Source: Fimbriosthenelais zetlandica (Eukaryota). From it: DNA of 64,000 nt. Both the position numbers and the translations under genes were made by a program. Positions 45,201 to 57,500 of the stretch are shown here, in pieces. The notes under the pieces were generated by a model that was given only the letters and a program-made list of their open reading frames with translations, ran no database searches and was not told the DNA's origin. Each line of letters starts with the position of its first letter. Position 1 is the first letter of the stretch. The stretch covers positions 29,326,001 to 29,390,000 of the forward strand of contig OZ365115.1 in NCBI GenBank assembly GCA_977030845.1, read 5' to 3'.

Positions 45201-47069
45201 TTGTAATGATTGAACTTACGTCTTCTGTCTCGCGGACTCTGATATTGATATTACTTTTGCCTTCTTCTACCAGTAGTTTACACAGCTCTAAGTTATCTTG
45301 TTTGATGGCACAGTACAAAGGAGTCATCCCGAACTTATCCTGAAATGCAAAGAAAATTAGTTATTTTTCCCCCACGAAATCTGCATGTAGATCTATAAGC
45401 GAGATTGGTTAAGCCATAGATTTTTCAATCAGTTATAATTGTCTTACCCGGAATCGAATATTTGTCTTCCAATTTCTATTAGACTTTAGTATGTCTGATA
45501 CACTTTCGTGGTCATCTGCTAAGACTGCATGGATTAATTCCTGAAAAATTAGAATATAGAACTCTAGTCATTGTGTGTGAGTGAATGGGAGTATAATGAG
45601 AGAGGGATGCAGGTGCGGATTCGAGGAGTCAGGACCCCCGTTTTGCCGATGATTTATTAAAAAAACTAATTGACATGGTACTTACCAAGGTAGCCAAGTT
45701 GTCGTTCAGATATCGACTACACTTACAGGCTCCTTCCTCAGACAGTATCCTGGGTTTGAGAAGTTCTAGTGCAGATTTTCCATCCTATAATATTTTTCAC
45801 GATTAATCAAATTGGCAATCTTTCAGTGTTCTTTCTGTCAAATGACAAAAGCTATTTTCACAGCTAGAGGTTCAAACCTGCCAGACCTTATTATGTTTCA
45901 TCCGCGCTTTATCTCCCTTAATTCATTATTAATATATTGAGCAATATGATTTTCAATATTTACCTTTATTTTAGCATGAGGGTTTATCCATAATCTCGTC
46001 AGTCTTTGTATGACACCAGGCTCCCCTTTAGTGACAGCCACCACCAGTCCAAGCTGAAATAGTTGGTTTTTAAGCTATTTATCTCTTCGATCATATTCTT
46101 CTTCATACTGTTTTCATATCGACTAATTAACTTGGTCGGGATGTAGGGAGTGATAGGACTCTATAAAAAATAGGCACAGGCCACTTGCTCACCACACTCC
46201 CTGCCTGATCTAAATCAATCAGGTTTGGATGGGACTGTATTGGTGATTTTATTGATCATAGGTGTCTGGTGACAGAAAAATAGAAATCCACGATGGAAAA
46301 GAGCATAAAAATAAATTAATGTACCTTAAATTGTTGTAGAAGTTCAAGCATAGGTCCTGTGGCTTCATCCAATGGGGACCGGCCAAGCTTTAACAAAAGA
46401 AAATTCTCATTTCCTATTGTCATCATTGTTTTCCCTCCATCACCTTCATTTAACAAATCCGCTACTGAAGATAATTATACAAGTAATGAGCATTACCTTA
46501 TTCCTTTGAGAGAGATCTGCGCCACACATTAACAATGCCCTTGCTATTGACGTCTGATTACTTCTCACTGCCAGGTGCAATGCATTATCCCCATCCTGAA
46601 AATAATAATTGCCAGAAAGTTAAAATTACTCATTAAAACGATATATCTAAGAATTGGTCTAAGATTTTAAAAAATCCTATTATAGGTCTCAGAGGGTCAT
46701 AATATGAGTTGGCTTTCTTCAAAAACTGAACGGGAGAAAAAACCATGCAATTTTATGGTTAATGTGTAAAATCATCCCAAGAAGTTCAAACTTGAATGTG
46801 TTACTCACAAAATTCTGTGTGTTGATGGGGACGTAAGCTCTTGCACATACAAACACGGTAGTTGGGGATCCCTCCACAGCCTCATGGAGTAATGTATTCC
46901 CATTCTGTAACAAAAATTTCATATTTCACATTATATCGTATTAATTCACTAGGTATATCTCCAGATGTTGCGAGTTAGACTCTACCTTGAATATTAAACT
47001 TGAGGTTGGATTAGATGTTTGATTATTCCTATTTCTGGTGACAGTACAAGTAGCATAAGGCATTGTCAT
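42214..47069 (-). CDS. Ankyrin-repeat protein, about 511 aa (5' end uncertain)
   Basis: All-phase-0 exons: 47069-46986 (tentative start), 46904-46809 (NGNTLLHEAV), 46595-46497 (DGDNALHLAV..GADLSQRNK), 46387-46325, 46053-45964, 45784-45686, 45540-45448, 45339-45220 (GMTPLYCAI), 45071-44958, 44837-44730, 44421-44353, 43673-43587, 43124-43023 (GFTALTKAI), 42821-42612 (RYPLHYA..DGRTPAEYA), 42315-42214. Confidence 0.75.
44492..44571. mobile_element. 80-bp Tc1/mariner-type mini-MITE forming a near-perfect hairpin
   Basis: TA|CAGTCTGTTCAC(C/T)CTAAGTTGATCCGAAACCAC ... inverted copy|TA; arms of about 33 bp with one mismatch, TA TSD. Confidence 0.8.
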
Positions 47070-49923
47070 CCACTTTATCTGGATTTTGCTATCTGAATCA
47101 ATATTGGGTTACATGTTTACCCTTGGTTAGAGCTCACTGTGCTGCTTTCTGATCTGTTTTGTGAGGTTGATCGGGTGTTGATGGAAATATTGATCAAAAT
47201 CATTGCTTCCTCAAGTGGAAAATTATATTTCACCCAGCACCCGAAACTCCGGATGCACTTTGTTCTCAATATGTGTTATTGTACAGTGTCTATGAGTAAC
47301 CTTAGTATGTCATTACACTAATTTAATTTAAGTTTTATGTGGATTAAATTTAATGACAATAGCTCCAATACACCCACCTTGCGATTCCTATACTTTATTC
47401 CCTTCTGTTCTATTTGTTGTGCGGCAAGGAATGATATTCTTGTTCCATCTCCTTCATTCCCATTCCTCTCCATCTGAAAATATATGCAGTACGAATGGTT
47501 GGACTATATATTTTCCAAGTATTATGAAAACACAGGACGTAGGCCTATATCCACAGATTATTCTCTCTGCTAGCTGGCCCCTTCGTACCACGGGAGAATA
47601 ATTTCTATATGGTTAAGAGTTACTGCTTTTCCCCGCTGCGTCAAACAGCTGTAGAAGCTAAAGAGCTTTCCTATATACCCTAGAAAGCTTAGCGTTCAAC
47701 GGTGGATTATAAAACAAAGAAGAGGAGCTTAGCACTAATAGCCCATTCCTGGATTACATAGTAGAAGTATAAAGTGAATAATGTACAATATAAGCATTAT
47801 TATGGCCATATTTACCAAGGAGAGTTTCTGAACATTCCCTTTAAAATTAGATTAGTTTTCCATACCACAATGGCCGATATAATCCAGTAAATAATATAAA
47901 TTAAATAAATTAATAAATAAGAAGATGATTAAATTTACTAGGAATATATACATAATGTCTAAGTATAACGTTACTATAGATTAGGTATATCACCATCTGA
48001 GATACTTAGCCTATAGTTTAGTTTTTCATACCTCGACTACTATAATCAATGAATCATATACAATGAATTAATAAATAAGTAATGACCAAATGGACAGTAA
48101 TTAAACATGATATCTCAGTAACTAAAGCTTGCTTACTCATAAGGTATACTTGGCCATATTATACTTATTAGTAAATGAATATTATGCACAGTTATTATTC
48201 CCTGCCTTAATATATGGTCCAGTATTATTGCGAAGGGCTTAATATATAGTGTAGAGGCCTGTGATATAAGGCATATCTCTCTCCTGTCCACCCCTTTCCA
48301 TCGTAAATCACCTATGGAGTGTTGTTATGTCCCTGACAACACTCACAAAGCGGTTAGACGAGTGTTATTAAGTAGAGTCCACCTATTGATTCATCCCGCC
48401 TGAGAGTCAATAACACAAAGCTACGGCTCCAAGTCAATAATCAATAAATTAAGACATAGGAGTACTATAACAAAGAACTAGATTTTTCCATCTAGTCTAT
48501 AGTGTTTTCAACGGCATGGGTGCATTTTTATACAACATATATCACCAACTTTGTTCTTGAAACACTGGAGTAATGAGTGTTTACTGTTGCAAAAACTTTA
48601 TAAAAAGGCTAGAATAAATTTGAATTTAGGTTTAAATTTAATTTTCTTAGTTATATAAAGCAAGGTGGAGAGAACTTATGTCTTACCTCTCAGGCCTAAA
48701 AGTTTCCACTGGAGCCTTTACTCCAGTAGGCTAATCTGCTTATGCTCAGGCTCTGTATTTAACGTTAATGAAATAGGTCATTTAGCATTATCCAAGCAAC
48801 AGTATCGCTATATACAGATAATGTTTTAACCAGAATTGTAGAGGTCTGTTTGAAGGAGTGTCGATATAACGCTGCTCCTGTAGGACTGGGTTCTGTGCTC
48901 CTCACATAGAAACACTTTGTCTTTGGGTTCAGTTTGAATGATGGATTTGGATCCAAGATCCAATGTTGGCCAAAGCAAGTCCCCCTACATGCCGGTGTAT
49001 TGGATTGAGGAGATCAGGGACTTTCTGCTATCAATCCAAACTAGACTTTCCACTGGTTTCCCGAAAATATTTCCTAATATATATATAAAGGTCATGACGC
49101 TTTAGCATTATTAGCAAAAAAATGTTTTCATTGAATACAAGTCATGAAATGAAAGTCATTGTTATTTTTTTAACATTATTAAGAAAAGATACACTGTATG
49201 AATTCTTTATTCGGGCTTTAACAAGTCTAGCTATGGCAGTGTTGGCATATAACATGTATGAGCCTGTAGGGAAGTGGCTGATCGGATCAACAGACCAACC
49301 ATACATTCTTACTATTCGAAATATTGACCATCAAATGGGATGGCGGTTTTCTATTAATTTTAATGCGTCTAAGAAAAAAATAGAAATTTCTAAAACATTT
49401 TGGTACTTGAAATATTATATCAGCATTACAATTTGGAGCCTATTTCAAATGAATATAATTATCTCATTAACCAATGTGAAGCCTATGCATTAATATATGT
49501 TAAGAAATTCCCTGATTCTCGTATATTGTGATCCTTACGCTATTTATCTGATTAAATTTCATAGATCTGTGATGTTTTGCTTTTCGTACACACCTTTAGA
49601 ACTCCCCGAACTCTTTCATCTTTTTTCTGATGTATTGTATTTCCACCAGGTGTAGTGGTGGTCTGTAGTCTAGGATCTGTGGTATCTGGTTTGGAGGCCC
49701 TTCAAATAATTATGTTAAGTGGGAGGAGTTCGGGGGCGTGCTACAAAATACCCATTGCATTTCTCCTTATGAACACAAGAAATATTTACTCTTGGAGTGT
49801 AGTTTTTATTTAGAATATCCTGCAATACATTTCTCTATCCTAATTTATACATGCATCATCCTTACCGAATCAAAGAATATTCATGATCATCATACTTTAC
49901 ATACATGAATTATTATATTCGCG

Positions 49924-52520
49924 TTATTCTTCAGCTGCTGGATTACCCTCTCCCTCTTCCCCACCACCTTCTCCCTCCTCTTTCCCCTCATCCTCCTCTT
50001 TCCCCTCTTCCTCCTCTTTCCCCTCATTCTCCTCCCCCTCCTCCTCCTCCTTCGCTTCCTCCTCGGGTTCCTCTTCTATCTTTTCTGGGACCGCTTCACT
50101 GACTGTGGTACTCTCTGTGGTGGCACCTGTAGACACGGCTGTAGCTGGGGTCGGCACACCTGGCTTTTTGCTCTTGGCACCGAAGCCCATCCTCATCTTG
50201 TTCTGGAGATCTGAGTACCGCTGGTACTCCCTGTATTCCTCTGCATTCACATCGTCAGCTGATTTAACATAAATGGTGCGGTTCACCACTTTAATACCCT
50301 GTCGAATCAACTGTTCTTTGGCTCTCAGGGGTCTTACCTGTCAATGTAGAATTAAATATGAATAACTATTTTAATTAAAGGGGGAAACAACATTAGCATC
50401 CTGTAGATTTATAAAAAAAAAAAATTATCCTGAAATACATTTGGTTAAAAATATAGAAATATAGGAAGTTTGAATTTGAAATGAAGCCTACTCTTCACAA
50501 CCCCTTCTCTCGGTATAGTTCAATGTGTTTAGGTGGGTAAATAGTTCAGGGATTGATTTTAGTTCTAGGGTTTTTAAATATGTAGTAAAGCTGCCCCTTA
50601 TTCAGGGGCAGATCCAGGGTCAGATGTTCCAAAGGGTCAGGACTGCCCCCACCCAACCTCCCCAATGTCTTCTGCCTAGATATTTCTTACTTAAGAAGTG
50701 TCTTTGAAAAGAAATATTATTTAGAAAATCCATTGGATCACCAGAGACTTAATGGATTCTAACTCGTCTTTCTATCACTTACCGTTACAAGCCAACGGTT
50801 CTCTAGTCCTCTGGTTCCCAGTCTCACATTGCGATCCATATACTGTACATGGGTGACACAGGCGTCAGGTATGTTAGTGATGTGTTGTCTAATGATAGCC
50901 ATCACATATTTATGCGTTAAGAATGTTCCTGGGAAGTGGAAGGAGACGGTCAGAGGCTGAGGTCTAGGTTTCTCAATGAACTTGGCCACAGCTCGGGAGA
51001 TACCGTCCTTATTGATGGCAAATACACCCATCCCTCCACCCATTCCTGTTGTCTCATCTTTCTGATGGGCTTCCAGCTCCCTGTCCAAATAATTTTTTTA
51101 AATTAAAATTAATAAAGGAGAGGAAAATGCAACTTTACGATCAAGTAGGGCCTTAATGATTACTAAGTCTTGTAGACTAATATCAGAACTCTAACCTGCT
51201 AAAATGTGTCGCTCAAATATCAAATATTTTAAGAGGGAGGTCAAGAAAATCATTGAGCTGCAACATATCCGGTATAGCTGCCATCTTGTGATAGAACTGC
51301 CATCTTGTGACGTCATCAAAGCATTGGCGCATGCGCCAGAAGTCCCAAAATGTTTGTTCATGATCTATCTAGGCCTAATGGTATTAAGTCTAATATCAAT
51401 ATAATTGAAAGGATTCAGAATTTATATATTATAAGGTTTGATTATTATGCCATGGCACTCCCTTTTTGTCACAAGATCTGCCCATGTGGCCATGTAATAT
51501 GGTATTGCAATTTGCAGAATATTCATTGGGTCATGGCATAAAAATAAAACTGAAATCGGGCTGCGCATCTGCATGGTCATGGCCAAAACCCTTGTACCCT
51601 CGGCGATGTCTCATTCGTGGCTATGCTATGTTTCCCTCGAGGGCACTCGTGTTTTGGCGAACTGCTCAGATGTGTTCAACCCATCTTAGAATTATTATGC
51701 ATATATAAATATGTACATTTACATCTTTACATTAAGCAAATTAGATGAATTCATTGTCTACCTAATGGTGACATATCATAACATGCAAGGTGCAAAAGCC
51801 AGATACCCGATATAGTTCTTTGGGGTAAATACATTAAAAATATTTTTATAGAGATAAAATCTGAATCTTATGACCTACTCAAGTATCATTACCTTTTGAA
51901 TATAAGAGTATTAAGAGACAAGTAAGAAAGAAATAGATATTTATAAGATGATAAAATTGTTTGTAATCGTGCAGCTACTGATAAGAAATTTTCGAGTAGA
52001 TAAAAGACCGTAAAAGATATATAAACATGAGACCAAATATACTACCTTTGTATATGACTATTAAATGAAATGAATTGTAAATTTGATTAGACAGTTATTC
52101 AATAGATGGAAGCTTGTGGTATGAATTCAATCTGGGAGGCTGGACAGATTCGCCTCCTGAATATAAATGGCGAGAAAATCACCTTATCCTAGACCAACTG
52201 AAAATCAAGCTTTGAACATTCATTTAAAAATTCTTTTTAAAATTTGTTGGTATTTAAACCCTTCTGCTTGCTTACCTTTCCATCTCACTAAGATCATTTT
52301 GTCCAAGCAGTTTCATGTTCGGATCGTTGTCCTTGTTTGTACCAAACGCTGATTTTCCAGCTATAGAGGATGAGAGAGATGTTTTGTTGAATATTGAGGC
52401 TGAGTTAGACATGGAGAGGCCACCTGTCAGTCCAGGCTTACTGGCCGTAGTGGATTGAGCCAGAGGGTCCGGCATCTCGTCTTCTCCCCCTCCCTTCTCC
52501 TTCTTCTTCTTTTTCGGCAT
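49924..52520 (-). CDS. Uncharacterised 318-aa protein: basic N-terminus, RRM-like alpha/beta core, Glu-rich tail
   Basis: Exons 52520-52276, 51080-50783 and 50337-49924 join in frame (LSEMER-ELEAHQK; NRWLVT-VRPLRAKEQLIRQGIKVVNRTIYVKS). Starts MPKKKKKEK and ends in an EEG-rich tract. Confidence 0.75.
51280..51338. promoter_or_regulatory. Housekeeping-type motif cluster (2x YY1-like, CRE, NRF1-like palindrome); probable internal promoter
   Basis: GCCATCTTG at 51280-51288 and 51299-51307, TGACGTCA at 51308-51315, perfect palindrome TGGCGCATGCGCCA at 51325-51338, and a - strand donor near 51195. Confidence 0.55.
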
Positions 52521-54549
52521 GGTTCCTTTTTGAGATTTGAGACAAAAGTCATGTTGGGTTAAATGTGTGATATAGCAGATAGATACTCAGGGAAATACTC
52601 AATTTCAGTGGCATAGTTAGTAGAAATGAATAGGGGATTGGAAGAACTGGCAAATACTAATCATATCATATCTAATCTATCTATCATATAACCTATCAAT
52701 ATTCATTTTTTTGTGGGCTATAGGCAGCCCTGTTGATTAAATCTTTGAAAGATAAAAGCCTAGAAATGATTATGATAAGAAAATCTTTAAATGGAAGACA
52801 CAACATACCTGGGTGTAGAGATATCTACGTTAACAGAGTGTTGTTATGTAGCTTTTCCAGCTTCTAGTTCCTGAACTGAATCGCGTGACTGAGGTTCCAT
52901 CTCCCAATCTGACTCGGCAGACTCCCGTTCTCCTCTATATTACCAACCTTCTGCATTATATATAGCACCTTCAACCTGGCCCAATGAAGTAACAGGTGAT
53001 TCCGCTGCACTAAGATAATAATTATTAACATTCATCTCATTGATACTTTCCACAGTTGCATGCGATGTTTGCCATCACACATAGGCCTACTCCCCACAGT
53101 CCCCAAAATGCTTAACCTATTCACACCCTATCCATGATGTATAATCAAGCAACATAATATACTAATTATGGGATATGCTTATTTTCGAAAATGGCATGGA
53201 CAATAATAGTAGTATCTTTGGCAGGTAATTTCTCTTCTATTTCCCTGCTTAAATAGGAATGGCACTTTAAGCGATTTATAGACATGGCGATTTATAGACA
53301 TACATAATGATAGTTGCTCCTCTTTTTTTTGAGCTCTCCCTTTCAATTGGTTGCAATTCAGGTTATGCTTCATTCAAAGTGACCGGGGTGGGTGGTGTAG
53401 AGCTAGAAGGTCGTCAGAGCTGAACACGCAACCTGATAAATAATGGACACTCTGGGGCCTGTTTCAGAACAACCATTAGCAATGCTAAGTTTATGGGAAA
53501 TCTTTGCAGGCCCATGGTTACCAGGTTCTAGACTGTATAGCGTTCAGCTTAGTTATCTTTTACAGATGTCCTAGAATGCCAGAGATTGCCAGGAGATGAA
53601 GAATTTTGTAAAGACACATTTTTGTTCGTTTTAGGAAAACTTCCAATTTATATTAAATTGATTGGTCATTTCTGTATTCCATGGATCTCGCTTCACCCCA
53701 GCTATGTCCACAAACAATTACAGATGGCAGCACCATAGATCTGATTATTTAGACTTGATAGAATATCTTCAATAGTAAATTAATTATACTATAATTATTC
53801 CATTAAATAACTATGGCACAGGACATATTTTTGGTTATGAAAGAAGGATTTATTTATCAGAAAAGCAGGTTTTATTAATAGTTCATTATCAACCATAGCA
53901 TACAATAAGTTTCAAAAATATAACTTCACGCTATTTGAGTAGGCCTACCAATCCTTAATTATAACGAGGACAAGGCAGTTCTGGGCGTTGAAATTGATGT
54001 ATACAAATACATGTAGGTACACAACAATACACAGCAGAGACGGGAAATAAGTATTATTGGATGAAGTACAGGTAATAATGCAGTCAACAATTTGGTAGAG
54101 TTTGCTTAAACATTCACTTATGTACATTGTATAGCAGGTTATTTTGTAATTTGTCTAACGTTGAATCACATCAGCATAATAATATTGTATATATTAATGT
54201 GCACGAAAATGGACGGATTATTGTGCAACTGCCATACAAATCGGATTATAGTGGAACAATACTGCTTAAATTGAAATGTATAGCAGTTGATATTCAGTAT
54301 TAATACCACAGATATAATAAAAATAACGATTAAATATCCAAATCTTTACTAAAATCAGAGAGCAAACTACTTCAGTCCTCCAAAATATGACCATATTATT
54401 AATCATAATTTAAAGCATGTCTTTATGAAAAATGTGCTTTAAAATCAAGTCTATAGATTAATGTGAGAATCTTTGCTCATCCTGGGATTCCTTCAAGCGA
54501 TAGCTGTATAATTGCTCAAAACCTTGAAATGACTTCCATTACTTTTAAG

Positions 54550-57500
54550 TTAACACTCAACAGCACCCACTGACTTTCCTTTGCCGTCTGCTTGTTCAAC
54601 ATTAGATTTGGCTGCCACTAGCACAGCCTCCATTCGCTCCTTCTTCCACGCCTTTATTTCATCTTTAAGATCTATGTCTATTGGTAAAGCAGAGTCTATA
54701 ATAGTTTCTCCAGTTGTCGGGGAAACAACGCTCGTCTCCATCCATTCTATGATGGCTTTTCTTTCATATGATCTGCCGTCACTACATTTTACTGGCTGTC
54801 GCATCACGTCTTTGGTGATGGGACAGAGGAACTCCATGGGAGGTGGTGACGTCAGCGAACTTTGTGCTCCTGATGACGTCACTGTACGATTGCGCTGAGT
54901 ACTGGCACTCTTACTACGAATACTGATTGGTTGTTTCTCTGGTGCTGGCTCTTTTCTCACTGCTTTTGCACTTGCAATATTGCGAGATCCAACATTTTTA
55001 CTCTTGGGCTTCTTACTATCTTTTTGTGTGGGATTCTGCTGTGGCTTTTTAGCAGCACTGGCAAGAATAGATGATGTTTGCACTGCTTCAATGGGCGCCA
55101 TTTTCCTCACGCCACTGCCATTATCCGTTGATTCCCGCTTGGTTTCGAATTGGATAGCGCCTCCTTTCTGGTTGTACATCGATGCTGCATAAGGCACTGA
55201 AGTGAGGACTAGGGCTGGATCAGGTCCTTCTCCTTTCTTTTTGTTAGGTTTCAATTTGTATAGATGAGCCAGACCATCAGGCCCACCTATTTTGGATTGC
55301 TCCTGGCCTGGTGGTGTCTTCTTTGGTATGGTTGAGTCGAGTGGTACATTTTTCGGTGGTGGGTATGACTTGGGATTGTTTATGATGACCACAGAGTCAT
55401 TGACGACTGGCTCATCATTGTCTTCTTTCTCTGGTTTGGACTCTATCATTTCTGCCGGTGGCGTCTCCCTCAAGTCACTCCATGACCAATCGAACATCGA
55501 CTCTTTTGGAACGTCCATTTCTGCAAGCCAGAAATGAGATGGTGGTGAGATAAATGAAAATAAATGAGATAATAATATGATAGAGATAAAGTTGGAGTGT
55601 AGTAGATGATACCGATACATTTGCGACCAACTAAGAGTTTAATCTGAATTACCGTTCTTCTGATTGTGACTGCATTCAAAGTCAGGTGTTGGGGGTGGTT
55701 TCTCATCCTCATAATCCATCTTATACTGGTCCTCCTTGTTTTGGACTGGATTATCTCTTAGTATTGACCGATCCACCATCAGTTCTGGATCAACAGTCCA
55801 TATGTTCTCCTTATAAAGAAACCAGAAATTAGACATAGATAATGTAATTTGTCCACATATATATATATATGAGCCTGTAGGATATGCCATAGGCCTACAG
55901 CTAAAAATAGTACCGAAGTAAATGTATACACACCGGATTCTTGTTTTCTGTGTCCAGTGTTTCAGGATTTTCAGTATAGGGACTGATCCTTGACTTTGAT
56001 CCAAAGATGGAGAGGATTTTCACCTTATCTTCCCTGTAAACGATATGAAACATCATTATTCAATATAATTATTATCCCAAATGGCACTTCCTGTGCATCT
56101 GTCCATTCAACTTTCCATTCAGAAAAATTTCGTCTTTGCACTATAATATTAGATTTACTTACGATTTGTTCTTTTTATGTTTGAACCAACAGAGTAAGAT
56201 GGTGATAAAGATGACTATGATAATGATGAGTAGAATGATATATATCACCCATGTTGAGTCGTGTCTCTTCTCTCCTGGACCACTTCGATGGGCTGTGAAA
56301 ATACAATATAATTATAAAGATTTTTTTCGAGTGTTTATAAATATGTGCAAAACACTATGATTGAATAAAAGTTGGGAGATGAGTAAAGCGAAACAAAACC
56401 GCACCCCCATCGCTACAAAAAAATCTCATTTCAACTTACATAATGATAAAAATGACTTACCACTAGGATCTTTAGTAGCCCGGTAGTTGAGGAGGAAGTA
56501 GCGTATACGGGTGCTGCTACCTGCTGACAGAGACAGTAATATCTGACTCACTCCAGCTCGTATCTCCAAGGCTGACGTGTCCCGGCGTTTACCTGCTCAA
56601 TAAATGGTGGTAAAATCCCATTAAAACTAAATAGGGCCTGCAAAATGAGGCGAGAAAGTGCCACTTCCGGTAACCTTTGTAGCATAGTGGGGATTAGCTA
56701 AATAGCCCAATCTGACGAACCTATGTGATTGTTGGCCACAAAAGACCCTGCTTGCAAAAAGGGATGGAGGGGTTTAAATGAATCGGTTATGCTTAGTTTA
56801 GATTAAGCCTTGCATTGTTTAAATGTATGGGCCGAATCGACGCCAGGACAGCGGAAATAGGCTTAGTGTTTTTTCCTCGAAGACGTGTCTTTCGAAAAGA
56901 ATATTAGCATGTACCTAAGTGGCTAATATTCCCTTTGAAACATTCCTATGATGCATAAATAAGTTATGCTGACAATGTGGAAATTGACGGACTTACGGTT
57001 AGCTGATCCACTCAACTCGTTGAGCAACTTTCCATGACTGTCGTTCTCATAAATTAAAAGTACATCAGATTCCCCTAGTTGGATCTCTGCAAGACAGAAA
57101 AGACTTTAGATCAATTAATGCAATTACAAATTTGGGGCAACGCAGAACAAAAACATGGCCCACTTGAAGCTATGTTGTGGCTTTGGCATAAAGGCAGAAC
57201 TTTGAATGTAAAGTTCTCCATCCTCACCTTTGATTGTTAACTGGACGTTTTGTCCTGTAGGGACCTGCAGTGTCCAGTTACATTTGATGTAGTCCGGGTA
57301 TGAGCTTGGGTAGCCGGGTGACCGTACCTCGCCCTCCATCTTACCATATCTGTACGTTCTCTCATAGTTAGGGCAACCTGTAACAAACACAATGCCAACA
57401 TTCTTAACTTACAATAGCAGTTTTGTTTGTGGAAATGTTACTTGTAACTAATAACTTTAATTTTTTACCATAATTCGAAACTACATACATGTATATATAA

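Noticed and set aside
49883-50272. Ser/Pro-rich + strand ORFs
   Set aside because: Antisense of the Glu/Gly-rich tail exon.
52808-53025. Exon-like - strand segment with acceptor and donor
   Set aside because: All three frames contain stops; at most a 5'UTR exon of the 49924-52520 gene.
54550-55620. U-box ORF as a stand-alone gene
   Set aside because: Its ORF-track N-terminus is intron-like pyrimidine-rich sequence ending in a good acceptor, and the upstream exons join in phase.
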